Source of the DNA: a virus
Direction: 5' to 3' (one strand)
IMG/VR virus record: IMGVR_UViG_3300045988_072096
Length of the DNA: 64,000 bases
Each line of letters begins with the position of its first letter. Position 1 is the stretch's first letter. The notes under the pieces are model-generated. The model saw only the letters and a list, made by a program, of their open reading frames with translations, did no database searches and was not told the DNA's origin. Shown here in pieces: positions 14,101 to 26,853 of the stretch. A program made the translations under genes and the position numbers.

Positions 14101-17100
14101 TTGATGCAGTCATATCTATACTATATCCCTGAATGATTGTAGATACTATATGATCAAGAGCTTCTTCGAACATCTGCATTCCACCAAATGCAGGAAATTC
14201 AGACAAATCTATATGAACTCTTTCAGATGTACGTTTACCATCTTCATCAGTGTGGTAACGTTTTCCGCTGATGGTAAGATACATTTGCCCATTAAAATCA
14301 TTGACAAAACGTTCAATATTAGCTTGTTTAGGTTTAATGTGTCTAAATATTCCAGAATTGGCCATAATAAATAACATAGCGAATTTACGGTCTCCTAACG
14401 CACGAAGTGCTTGTATATATTCTTTTATTTCATTGAATATCTTACTAACTTTCCAAAAGTTATTCCACTTAATGCTTATATGTTCTCTGTCAATCATAAA
14501 CATTCTAAACATTTCTGCCAATCCTTCAGCTACATCACGTTCTGTAAGCTTTCGTCCATGTGATTTTTCAAAGGCCGCTCCGTAATGTTCAGCATATCTC
14601 TAGTAAATCTTTTTACGTCGTTTTTCTCCTACAAGTAATTCAAGTATTCTATGGAATGCTTCATGATATTGAGCACCTTCTGGAGCATGCTTACTTAATG
14701 TGATGGTATCTGTTGATATCATACCGGCTACTCTTGCTCCATTGGATAACGTTGAAAGTTCATGCTCTACGAATATTAGTGGAACATTGCCTACAAGACG
14801 CTTTGTTTCTTTTTCAACAAACCTCTATTGTTCTTCAGTTAATCTACTATTTGCCAATTGATCAGTGACCATAAGCATACCAGGAGCACCATCATCAAAT
14901 AGATTACCGTCCATCCAAGACGACCCATTACTAGCATCATCCAATGCTTGATCAATACTAGCATCATCCCAACCGTCATCGATTTTACGTTTATTTGGTT
15001 CTTGCTCAGTCTATTCGCCTTCTTTAGTCTGCTGTTCTTGACTTTTTTCTGGCTTATGTTCTGGCTTTATTACAGATTTTTCTTCAACTTTTGTTTCTTG
15101 TTGAACTCCAACCTATCCTCCATCTGATGCTGGTTTAGCATCGTCTTCTGCTTTTTTCTTTTCAGCTTCATCGGATGTTTTTTCTAATTCTGTTATGGAA
15201 ATCAGAGGATTTTGTAATGATTCTGCATTAGTTCTAGCGTACCCATGCTTTATCATCCATCCTGCAAAATCAAGACCTTGCTCATAATCATCTCGTGTGA
15301 TTTCAAAATCTCCAAATTTGATTCTAGTTATATTATAATCGGTATTTTCAAATATACGACACACGCTGCCAAAGAACCCATTTTGGTCGTTTAGTTTAGA
15401 GCGCATTATACCAGCTTGATTTATATGCATGTCGACCAATGCTAATATGCGTCTAAGTCTTGCTAAATCTCCAGCATCAGTAATATCTAAAACGATTGTC
15501 GGTCTTGTTAGTAGTTTTGTCTTAGGATCTACAACAGGAGCCTACTCCATATCTGTTATCAAAATCATACTTCGATTTTGCGTCTTCTAATCCGCTCCTA
15601 CTGCATATTGAAATATAAAATCGTGTCCAGCAAAACTTGCCTATCTACCAAAACGAGTTATCATTTTTAGTATCTGCTGGCAGCTTATTCGTGACATCTC
15701 ATTTGATACTTCACCTTTATCGTCATATATATGTATTCCGTTGAATATAGTATCAGTGTTCTGATCATTTGCACTCGCAATCTACTGCAAACAATTTACA
15801 ATTAAATCAACGTCATTAGTTTCAAATTTTTTACCTCTAAGTGTTATATACACAACACGCATTGGTGCATCTACTGGGTCTTCATCGTACTTAAACTTAT
15901 ATAAGAATACTACACTACCTGCTGGCATATGTTCATCTTGAGTAAGCTCATTTCCTGGCAGAGGAGTATATCCCTTCGGTAACGGTTTACCATTTTCGTC
16001 CAATTTATTTGTATCACCTATAGTAGATCTATTCGTGTCACTGATTTCAAATATTTCACCGTTTTTACCAACAACTCCAAGCAAACTATCTTCTCCATTG
16101 AGCAATTTAGTAAGTGTAGACTCGCCAACTATAAATTGTGTATCCATTAACGAATGGTTGTTTTCGGAATACACCAATTGTCCATTGGTACGTTTAACAT
16201 TTTTAGCTACGATATATTCACCGGGCTTCAATGAATTAAACAATGATCTGTATTGACGAATTAAATTTCTAGCCATTATACTGTAATTACTTGGATCAGA
16301 TTGTACGTCCGAGTTACTTCCAGGTTCATTACCTAATTCATTGCCCAAACGTATTCGCATAGATTTGCTAAATTTAATGACCTTACTGCCCTTTGGAGCA
16401 TATGTGATAGTTACATTAAACGTTCCGTCGTCGTTTCTATATATTTTAAACTGTGAATTAACTATAAAATCTGATTTTATTATTGATTCCAGATAATGAG
16501 GAATAGTCTTTAAGAAATCAATAGTGGAATGAAGATTGTTAAATTGATACCAATGCTATTTTCCAGCTTCAGGAACAATTTCAGTCTGGCTATCTTCCCA
16601 GTTTTTATCAAGTAAGTGTTTGTCCTAATTATTTAAACTATCTGGAGATGGAGAACTATCTGTTGAAGATTTATATTCTTCAAGTTCCTGATCAAACTGT
16701 TCACCAATTGAAACTATATTTTGTTTTAATAAATCATATTCCTGTAATATAGATGCATGACTATCATCAGATACTAAATTATTTATGTGATTAATAAACT
16801 AGTTTGCAAGCTTTATAAAATCCCGCATTTTATTTTCAAGATCGGCAGAAACCCAATGATAAATATCTACATAATCTAATATATCTTGATACTACTAAAT
16901 ACTACTCTATAAGTCATCACAACATTTCTAATAATATTCACGATGATTTGTAGCACTATCGTCGCTCTATAAGTAATTATCTAATGCAGAGAATTCATCT
17001 TCAACTATAGTTCCATTTAGATTAACAATACCCTATGATTGTACAGTACTCATGTGGTCAACATCATTGCCGGCGTTGTCATAATCTACATAAAATGGCA

Positions 17101-20100
17101 ATATTTCAAGAGATGTTACTTTTACTCCAGTTTGTTCTTGAATCATAAGCCTATACATATGAAGCTATCTAGCATATTGCTGCGCATAATTACGTTGATA
17201 TCCTGCACCAAGATTTTCATCAAAAAATGGCAATTGCGTTCTCACTTCCGCGCCTTCCGGAGCCTCCATACCGTCCTGTATGTTTTGCCATACTTCCTCT
17301 CCTGTTATAGGATTTTTAGATTTAAATTGTCTTGTTGGTTTAAACCTACGGCTATTTTTAGTAGTCTTAAAATCAAGTACGCGTATATTACCTTCTCTAT
17401 CAATAGCTATTAAGTCTGTTTCACCAGCTACTCTTTGGTGATTCGGTAGTGTAAAATACCATGTATATGGAGTCGTATCTACAACCCATCCTCGTTTTAC
17501 AAACTCTGCCTATATTTTTTCAAATTCTTTAACTGTGTCTTTAAATATAGCATCAGTCATTTTGTATTCAGGCTTATTTGTAAGATCTTCTCCAGCAAAA
17601 AACGCTCTACCTATTTCATCGACAATCTGCCCTGCAATTACAGCTGGTCCTGGTACTTTATTAGTTACAATTTCAGATATAGCATAAATAGTGTTATCAA
17701 TTTCGCTATCAGATAACATTTGCTGTTTCGTATACATTTCCAGATTGATGCTGTACCGTTTATACTCAAAAGAATCTTTTCCGTAAGTATCTGCAAGGTT
17801 TTGATTGTATTCATTCTGTAATGCGCGTATTTCATTTTTTATATCCTAGGATTTACGCAATCGCTATTCTGCGATCTTTTGATCAACACTTCGAGATATG
17901 TCGCCTACAAACTAGGGGCCTATTATGCCGTGTACACGTATAAATGACATGAATACATGTCCAACTTTAATAAAGTAGTTAAATGCAGTTACTACTTTAT
18001 TTCCGTCTTTATCAGACTTGACTAATGACTTATCTTCTTCCTACTTCTTCTTAAGTTTGTCTAATACCTCCTACTATTGCTCATTCGGAGTTACTCGAGT
18101 TTCTTTCGGTTGTTCAGACGGCTGTTCAATCTAATCTACATACTGCTGCAGCTAGTCTTCTCCGGCAGCTAATGCATCTATGTTTCCACCATCTCTACGT
18201 TCAAGGTCATATACAAAATTCCCGTCCGCACCTCGAATACCTAAAATTTTGTAAACCTATCCTCCGTATATAACTTTATCTCCAGTTTTGTATTTTGGGG
18301 TATTATCTGTAGCGTCGTTAGCAAGTAATGATATATCTTCAGTATTTACAGAATAAGTGTTTCCATCAGCAGTCTATACAAATACATGATTGTCTTCTGG
18401 TGCTATATTAATTGGGCGAATTACTTTTCCTACATACTATTCACCATTATATATAAATCGTACAGTCTTACCTTCTAATTGATCTGTAGAAGAAGCTGGT
18501 TTTTGCTCAGCTGATTCACTTGGCTGTTGCTATGCCTATTGTGTACCATTATTTGGCTATTCGATTAAAAGCGATGTAGATTCTCCAGTTTGCGTAGATT
18601 TATCTGCATTTTGATCCTAAGTTTCACTTGTAGTCTATTCTGATGTCGTAGCAGTAGATGGTTTTGTATTTTGTGTCTACTTATTACGCTCGCGTGCAGT
18701 CTCACGTTCTGTTAGAGAATCGTGATATTCCATTTTACTAAACTGAAGATCTTCAGAATCGATTTTTCCGCTATTCGGATGATATCTACGTTTTGTCCAA
18801 GTTTCAGTACCATCTTTTTGTTTTTTACGATGTGTAATATACCAGTGACCGTCATTACCCACAAATATGTCGTTGTCTTTAACTTCTCTTACTGCAGCGT
18901 CTTCAATTCTACGAATAGAATTTACGTAATCTTCTTCAAGAATACGATTTATATTTTTATCAGTCTGAAGTTTATTATCATACATTTTAAGTTGATGATT
19001 CGGCATCTGCAGAAGGTCATTTAGCATATGTTGTTGTAACAATGCGTCATATTCTTGCATATGTCGTTGACGATATAGTCGCGCGATTCCATCAAATTGG
19101 TTGTCGCCATTAGATAAATAAACATCATTGTAATCAGTATCTTCTCTAATATTGCCATCTAATAAATCTTTTATTGTAAAATTACTTATATCAATACTTT
19201 GTGACTAAAGTGCTGGCTGTAATAATTGTATTAAAGTATTTCCGACTTCTGTATTATTGAGAGCCTTGAGTACATCTTCTTTATTTTCAACACGTATTCC
19301 ATGTTTTTCTAATGCCTTTTTTAGCATATTTGACTACATCTTGAAATGATTTGACAAAGAGTGTTCTTTGCCCATCTAATGTTCAAGTCTGCTGTAGTCA
19401 TCATACAACTGATAAAGTGCGTATAAAGATGCTAACGCTTTTGCATCATCTTCTCTCGTATCGCGATCAACATTTTGATCAACATCATCTTCATAGTAAT
19501 TATCGTCCGGCTCAATATGTGTACCAAACATCTTCTGTATCTCGGCATCAGTCTCCATCAACTATTGATATGACTCATTTCTACTATTAAGCCGATAATT
19601 CAATAACGAAACGAGCTTAGCATAATTTCTCTGACTAGAGCCACTCTTATAAAATGCATGTGGATTTATTCCAGCTCTTTGCGCTATTACATACATCTGT
19701 TCAGAATGAGCAAGATCGTAGATATCTTCACATGTTTTATACAGATCGTCTATTAATTCTCTAGGTATGGCATCTTCATCTTCTTCAAGTAAAGTTTCTC
19801 CGCGAGCTCTACGGTATGCATTTTCTCTGTCAGTAGCTCTATCGTGAGTGCCTACAATTCTTGCAAAATCTATAAACCGTTGTCTTGTGGTCTATTTATC
19901 TTCCATCATTGCTAATTTTGCAAGCAATTCTCCCTAAATTAGCTGAGTATCTGTAGTACGTTTTAATATATCTAGATTGTTTTGTATAATATCAATAGCC
20001 TTAACATCTGATCTAATTTTACTTGCCGACGTCATTAAAGATATTGATGGCTGTAATCCAAATAACGTCAATAAAGGAGTAGCATTCATTGATGGAACTA

Positions 20101-22738
20101 CATCTGCATCTGTATAGTAAGCAGGATCATTCTAGTTAATCCAATACCATACAGCTTTACCTCCAGTAATAATATCATCAAATGCGCGTTTTGCTAATCC
20201 GACATTAGACTATTGATCATATCCCCAATCACTATCTTTTGCTTTTTGGGCATTTAATCCTTGTACACCTTCTTGCGTCATTTCTGATGCAGTATTGATA
20301 CCCATACGCATTCCTACATTTGCGACACCTTTCGTTATAGCAGCAGCTTTCAGATATCTGCTAGGAACTGTTGTTGCAAATTGACGAACTCTATTAAATG
20401 CTCTAGCTATACCGCTTTCTCTTCCTATCCACTTTGCACCTTTTTCAGTATATCTAAGCGGTGCTGAAAGTGCATGTCCAACTTTTGCTGCGCCGTTTTT
20501 AGCTTTTATTAGTCCTGTAGTTAATGCACGTCCTGCCTCAGACTCAAGGGCTTTTTTAGCAGCTCCGTGAACTCCTTCTTTAAATCCAGCGAACTTTAAT
20601 CCAGCTGCTGTTTTTCCGAATTTCATTCTTGCCAATCTTCCAGCTGCTACTACTTTTGATCCTAATGCCAATTTTTCAATCGGCTCTAGACGAAGAGTTG
20701 TTGCTAATGTTCCAACTAAAGCATCAGTAGAGTTTACAGGTTCGTTTGCATAGAAAAGGTTATTTGTTCCTACAACTGCATCTCTATGTAGCATTGTTAT
20801 TTCTGGATTTGTAGAATGCCACATTCCATTACAATACATTTCAAGTATGCGCTGTTCGGTTTGCTCTTTATCGCCAAGTTTTTGTAAGTCCTTAATTTCT
20901 CCAAACTTACTCATTCTAGACAAGCCTTCTTTTATGAATTCATCATACAAGTTGTTGTTTATTAAAAAAGACCTCATCTAATCTGTAACCAGTGTACCTG
21001 CTTCAATGTTATTTTCTTCATTAGAAGCAGCTTTTTGCGCATTGTATCCGATACCGATAGTAGTGGCTTGTGTAAGTAATTTTGCTCCTACCAGTTTTCC
21101 AAAACCATATGTACCGCCGACAAGTGCAGATCCTGTACTTATTGCGCTTTTCCACCAAGATGAATTTGAACCACCAGCTATTCCTGACCAACCAAAAGCA
21201 GCCATTTTAATTGGATTTTTCCACGAATACTGTGAATATTGCAATGCTTCTGCCTCAGCTTTGTAATAATCGTCTACTTTAGCGCGGGCTTTTAATATAT
21301 TATCACCTGTAACCCAATCTTGAATATCTTTCAGATCAGTGGTATAATCATCCTACCAACCTTTAATTCTGTCTTCAGCAGCTGCATTGAAATTATTAAG
21401 CAAAGTACGTATTTTTTTAATACTTCTGTTGGTAGAATCAATCCATCCTTGATTGTATTCACGTGATTGCATTTTTTTAGCTAAGTCATCTGCCATTCCT
21501 CCTAATCCATTCAGATAATTTCTAATGCCGCCGATATCCAAATCTAATTTTGAATCTATTGCTTGTGAAATAAACCCCATTGGGCCTCCTGCAGACCATG
21601 TAGATAAGTTATTAAGGCTATTTCTCCATTCTGGATGCTCATTCAATGCTTGACGTATCTTTTGGTTTTCTTCAAGTAGTAAATTAAGCTTAGTCTTAGT
21701 GAGATGTAGTACGCCAGAATCAAGATGCGCATCATGACTTCCATATCCTGTAGCTAATTGTAGTTTTTGTATTTCTGCCAAATTATTAGCATATTTTTCT
21801 GTAAGTGTAAGGTATTTATCAACATCATTTGCCAAACCTTGTAACTCTTTAGCTCTAGAAACCTTACCTGTACTAATCTACGCTTGATTTTCGTTTGTTT
21901 TTATAATAAAATCCGACGCAAAACTTTTACCGTATGCAGAATTTACTGCTCCAAGAAAACTCATTGTGGTATTATACATACCACCAGTCCCTTGTACACC
22001 CATAGCATTGTAAGCATCTCCACTAATATCTTGTCCGTAATAATCATTAGGTTTAATTTTTTCAAGGTCTGACGCCTTCTTCTCTGCAGCTTTCTACTGT
22101 ATCTAATACTATTTATCGAAATCTTCCAATGCCGCTTTTAGGTAATCTGGATCATTCATTAATCGATAGTTATGGATCTCTAAATATTCTTTATCTGTTA
22201 AAGCTTTATTTTTATTAAGTTTTCCAAACGTACGATTTTCAAGTAAACGTCTATTCAGCCTTTCTACTGTACTCTCATGTTTTTTTGAATCAAGTATTTT
22301 TTGTAACTCATTGTCAAGATATCCTTGCGCAGCTTTGGTAGCTGGAAAAAGCTGCGCAGTACCAGTTTTGTCTTTTTTGGCTCTACGATTTGTTCTTTCA
22401 GCCCACGCTGCATATTCAGGCGACATTGGATCTGGAGAGATAGCGTCGTAGAAAGCATACGGATCTGCAGTTTTACTACTGTATTCCTGCGGAGACATTG
22501 TGCTGTATGCATTAGCCGGCTATGTTGGAGTAGGATTTTGCTGAGCCTATTTAGCTGGTGCATTTGAATTAGTCGGTTTTAATGTGTTATCCTACTCCTC
22601 TAATTCTTTTTTCTTTCGTTCATTTTCAGCTTCGATCTATAATTCCAGAGCTCTTTTTTCTTGCTCTAAAGCAACATTGTTGCCCATTACTTCTCGAAAT
22701 TGTTTAAACGAAAAATGATTTTTATCCTTTTTTGCCAT
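5138..22738 (-). CDS. Giant 5,866-codon virion (ejected) multidomain protein containing the crAss-type virion RNA polymerase module. It is translatable only with TAG as a sense codon.
   Basis: Twenty-two listed minus ORFs from 5537..5740 to 22109..22498 all have an end coordinate of 1 mod 3. I scanned all inter-fragment gaps in that frame: 87 in-frame TAG (hand count) and zero TAA or TGA between ATG 22738 and TAA 5138-5140. The ATG lies 6 nt after the upstream gene's TAA. DFDID is encoded at 9416-9430 in the context TGSDFDIDKLY, which matches the DxDxD metal-binding loop of the two-barrel crAss/YonO-type RNAP. HEAFH is at 14651-14665. A PD-(D/E)xK-like TDLIAID...VLDFK motif is at 17366-17416. 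Confidence 0.8.
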
Positions 22739-22743
22739 AACTA

Positions 22744-24441
22744 TTAATTTATTCTAGCGTCTTCAGTTGTTCTGCTCGCTTTATCGTTAAATAACTTACC
22801 AATATTTACATCCATAGATTCAGTTTCTGGAGCGGACCTATCGTCATAATTCGGGTTTATAATGAAATCTTTATTTTTTACATCTACAGAGCTTCCTTGA
22901 GTGGTTATATGAGTATCGTACCAATATGTATCTCTTGTACGATTCCATTTTCCAGATTTCTTTATTGCTTCATTACCATTAGCGTTCATCACATCTTCAT
23001 CGCTCTTTTTATACCAAACTTGTGTTTCAGCAAATGTTCTAACTTTACCGTCTTTACATAACGTAGTCAATATTTTTCCGGTAGGCCTCATTTTATAATC
23101 ATAATTATTGAAATCAACACTCTTATTTTGTGACAATACGGTGGTTTCGCCGGAATTGAGTTTAACTCTGGCCGTTCCGTACATATGGTTAGATACAGCT
23201 TTTGCAGAATATAATCTATTACCCATTGCGTTAGACAAAGAAACTGTATTATCTGGACCGACATTTAAACCTAACGACTTTGATACATTTGACGCTAAAT
23301 CAAAGGTACTCATATTACGTAAAAATTGAGTTCTAGTGTTAAATCTATTTGCATGTACTTTCTTTCTCTAAGCGGTTTTGATATCTAATGTCAACTATTT
23401 CATATTATCCGTTTTACCAGAATTAATATCTTGCAATAACGATTTCTTTATATCATTTACACTTCTTCCACTAATATGTGCGAATCCTGCAAACATATTC
23501 TCAGATATGTGCGAATGTCCTTCACTGCCACTACCGTCACCGTTTCTATATTTTGCAGCTTCTCTAGCATTTATTTCAGCCATTGTGAGCGCATGTTCAT
23601 ATTTTTTGAGTGCAAACGGATCTACTTCATATTTATCGGGAGATAAATAACGCATGTTCGCGTCAGCTATACGTCTATCTAATATATCATATGCTTTATT
23701 AATAAGCTCTTCTTTAGACGCATTCGGATTTTGTTTTGCAGCTTGTTCTTGTGCCAACTTCCACTCGAATGCACCTCTTGGAGTATTGATGAAATCTTGA
23801 GCGTTTGATTTTGCAGCGTTCAACAGATCATTATAATCATATGAATATCTTCTCTGTCCATTTTTCATGCCTTTGTACAACGGCTGACGTCCTTTGTATA
23901 TATAGTCCGTAACCTCTCCTAATCCCTAGAATGGACTAAATGTGCTATTGTATACACCGTCTTTAAGTGTATCCCAATCTTTAAAGCTAGCTCTACCGGC
24001 TTGCTGATCTAAGAAATCTTGATAAGCTTGACTATATAAACCTTTAGATTCAAGTTCGGCTTTAACCTTCAACGCATTTAATCCTTGCAATGCAGATGCT
24101 TTCAATTTAGCAAGTTGCCCACCAGGAGCTGCTGCTATAGTCTATGCAATCCTAGCTCTACCTTCTTGGCTACGTATCATGTCTGGGCCGTAATTCTATA
24201 ATAAATTACGTATTGGTTCATTTACTAGTTGATCCCAGTTCTCGTTATCTTTCTCATATGGACTATAGAATTCGCCATATTTACTATTATATTCTTTTAA
24301 ATCCTATGCAGCTTGCATATAATCTTGGCGCACAGCATTTGCATAATTCTACTGTGCTGCCAAGAATAATTGTGCAGTTGCAGGATCAAACATGTCATCT
24401 ATCTTATAGATAACAGGTTGTTCTTGTCCTAGTATATTCAT
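22744..24441 (-). CDS. Hypothetical structural (tail-module) protein, 565 aa with TAG read-through
   Basis: ORFs 22744..23313 and 23395..23880 share a frame (0 mod 3) and are joined through TAG codons. The frame stays open upstream to ATG 24441, which follows an in-frame TAA at 24481-24483. It ends in TAA at 22744. Confidence 0.65.
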
Positions 24442-24448
24442 TGCTATA

Positions 24449-26851
24449 TTATTTATATAGTGCCGTATCAATCCGTGGAATTAAGTTTTGGAAATAGTAT
24501 GGCTAACTATTTCTCCACTTGTTATATTGTCTAGAATAATCTGTTAGTGGATATTTCGGTGCGCTCAACTAATACATTATAGGAGTCTTCTTTTCGTACA
24601 TTGGAGTACTTGTTGCCATGTATTTATACAATCTATCACCAAATGATTGTCCAAATGGATTGAAACTTATTTTAGCTTCTGTACTCGAACCATTCTTAGC
24701 TTTATTTGAACTGTTCTTAGCATTAGCAAGATCTCTATTGAAACTCCTTTCTTCCAGATCTGCTTGACGGTCATATAAGTCAATAAGTCTATTATTATAA
24801 TCTTGAGCGCTTTCAAATTCTTGTTGCTGGAATAGATTCTTTCCGAGTGCTCCAAGCATATTAAGTCTACCTTGGTTAGCATTCTCCATACCAAGCAATC
24901 TACGTGCTACAGCCTCCCTATAAGCTTGCTGTTGCTGTGCAAGAGCAGTTTGTTGTCTAGCAGCATCTTTCTCACCAGCCTCCATTAGCGCTTGTGCATA
25001 AGCTTGTTTGTACTTATTATTAATATCGTTAGCTTCTCCATACAATTTGGCCATATTCATCATATAGTTGTTACCATGTGCAGCTAACATTTTAGTACGC
25101 TGTCCTGCACTAAGTCCGCCTTGTTGGTTTATATTATAGATACCTTGTCTATATGCATCACGTACCTATTGGGCTTGTTGATACGGATCAAAATGCATTT
25201 GCCCAAGTATACTCAATGCTCTATCTGCATTACTATTACGAACATAACTATTAGCAGCTTGTGGAGCTGAATTTTTATAATAGTTGTATTGGCTGTTAGG
25301 TATTCCGTATGCTCCAGCATATATTAATGGCTATAGCCAATTTAAATTAAATTTACCTTTATCATACTGAGGCATTGTGCCGTCATATATATTCTATATC
25401 TTATGTTGCATTTCTTGTCTATTTAACGGTTCTTTCGTGCTTTCTACAAGCTGCTATTGCATCAAGTCTAACTGCTTGAGATTAAGCTCTTTAGTTTTGC
25501 TGTCAGCATTTTTATTAGACTCAATTAACTTGCGTAATTTTTCATTTTTGGCATACTGCTTAGACATAGGAGCTACTTGATCTGCAAATGATTTTCCATT
25601 AGTCCAGTCTATATCGTTACCTGCAATGTAATTATTGTCGCCTTCTTGTACTGAACTATATTGATCATCTGCACGCTTTTTACCTTTGTCTATATAGGTC
25701 ATCTTACCTTCATCGAAGTTTACAATAGTCTCTCCTTTGCCAACCTTAGAGTTTATCGGACCAAGACGATACCCATCTTTATCGAATACCATTCCATATC
25801 TACCTTTGCTAGGTTGGTCTATTAAGTTATAATTTACAGCTGTTTTTCCTCTATCGGCATTGTATAAAGATGTACCAGTATAAGCATCATTATCGAATTC
25901 ATTTCTAAGTCCTTCTGATGCTGCTACAGATTCAGCTTGTTTATTCTGATTAGCGTAACTTGAAATCAAAGCTTCTTTTCTGCGTCGTAATTCGCGCTTG
26001 CGTCGTCTACGTCCAAATAATGACCCTATGCCACCTATGAGACCACCAATTAATCCACCACCAATGATTCCAAGCGGACCGAGCGATGTACCAAGCAACG
26101 ATCCTACTGCTAGTGCAGATCCTACACCAGCTCCTGCTCCAGAAATACTATTTGATAATATTCTATTATTTTCTCCGTATTTCAGCATTCTATCGTACGC
26201 AGAAGTATCTCCGAGGTTTTTAGTAGTATAATCAACTCCATTTACAGATTGAGTGATTTCATTGTGACTTTGGTCCATCATGCCTGAAGTTGGAATACTC
26301 GGACCTTTTGCCAAACCACTTCCGAGATTATATAATCCGTATGCAGCACCTGCTGCACTTAATGCAGTTCCAGCAGTACCTCCTAAAGCTGATGTTGCTT
26401 GTTTTGTAGTCTCCTATATTGATTTCTTGGCAGCTTCCTATCCAGCCTATTGCGCTCCAGCGGTTATTGTACTCCAAGGTGCGTTATCTATTGTATTATT
26501 TACGGTCGCCTTAAATGCATTATTCATCATAGTCTTCGCAGAAGCATCCAATGATGATTTAACAGCTTCTTTACCTGCTCCCGCCATTAACGATGAATAT
26601 TTTAACGCACCAGTCAATGGTTGTTTTAACACGGTAACATAAGGCATACCTGTACTTACAGCACCTTGCAATGATGGTTTATACATGCTGGCCTCTGCGG
26701 ACATATCTTGTCCTTGCTATATTGAAGGAGTACCTATGTTAAAGTTATCACTTTGCTAATAACCAGATGCAGTCTGTTTTGCTGCTAAATCATATCTAGG
26801 TAGTCCGTTTCGTATTTGTTTATATTGTAATAATCTATCTCTTTTATTCAT
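24449..26851 (-). CDS. Hypothetical structural protein, 800 aa, with a central Gly-rich hydrophobic segment followed by an Arg cluster
   Basis: ORFs 24569..25090, 25454..26314 and 26447..26704 share a frame (1 mod 3) and are joined only by TAG. ATG 26851 lies 2 nt after the upstream gene's TAA (26854-26856). TAA is at 24449-24451, 7 nt before the next ATG. It contains the segment GLIGGLIGGIGSLFGRRRRKRELRRRK. Confidence 0.65.
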
Positions 26852-26853
26852 AA

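Noticed and set aside
178-22567. About 30 plus-strand ORFs of 60-125 aa, for example 178..537, 1453..1680, 9555..9794, 12591..12941, 17039..17413 and 22325..22567
   Set aside because: They lie antisense to the continuous TAG-read-through minus frames. Their products are Ser/Leu/Phe/Ile-rich, low-complexity sequences typical of antisense reading of AT-rich coding DNA. They show no start or stop coupling with their neighbours.
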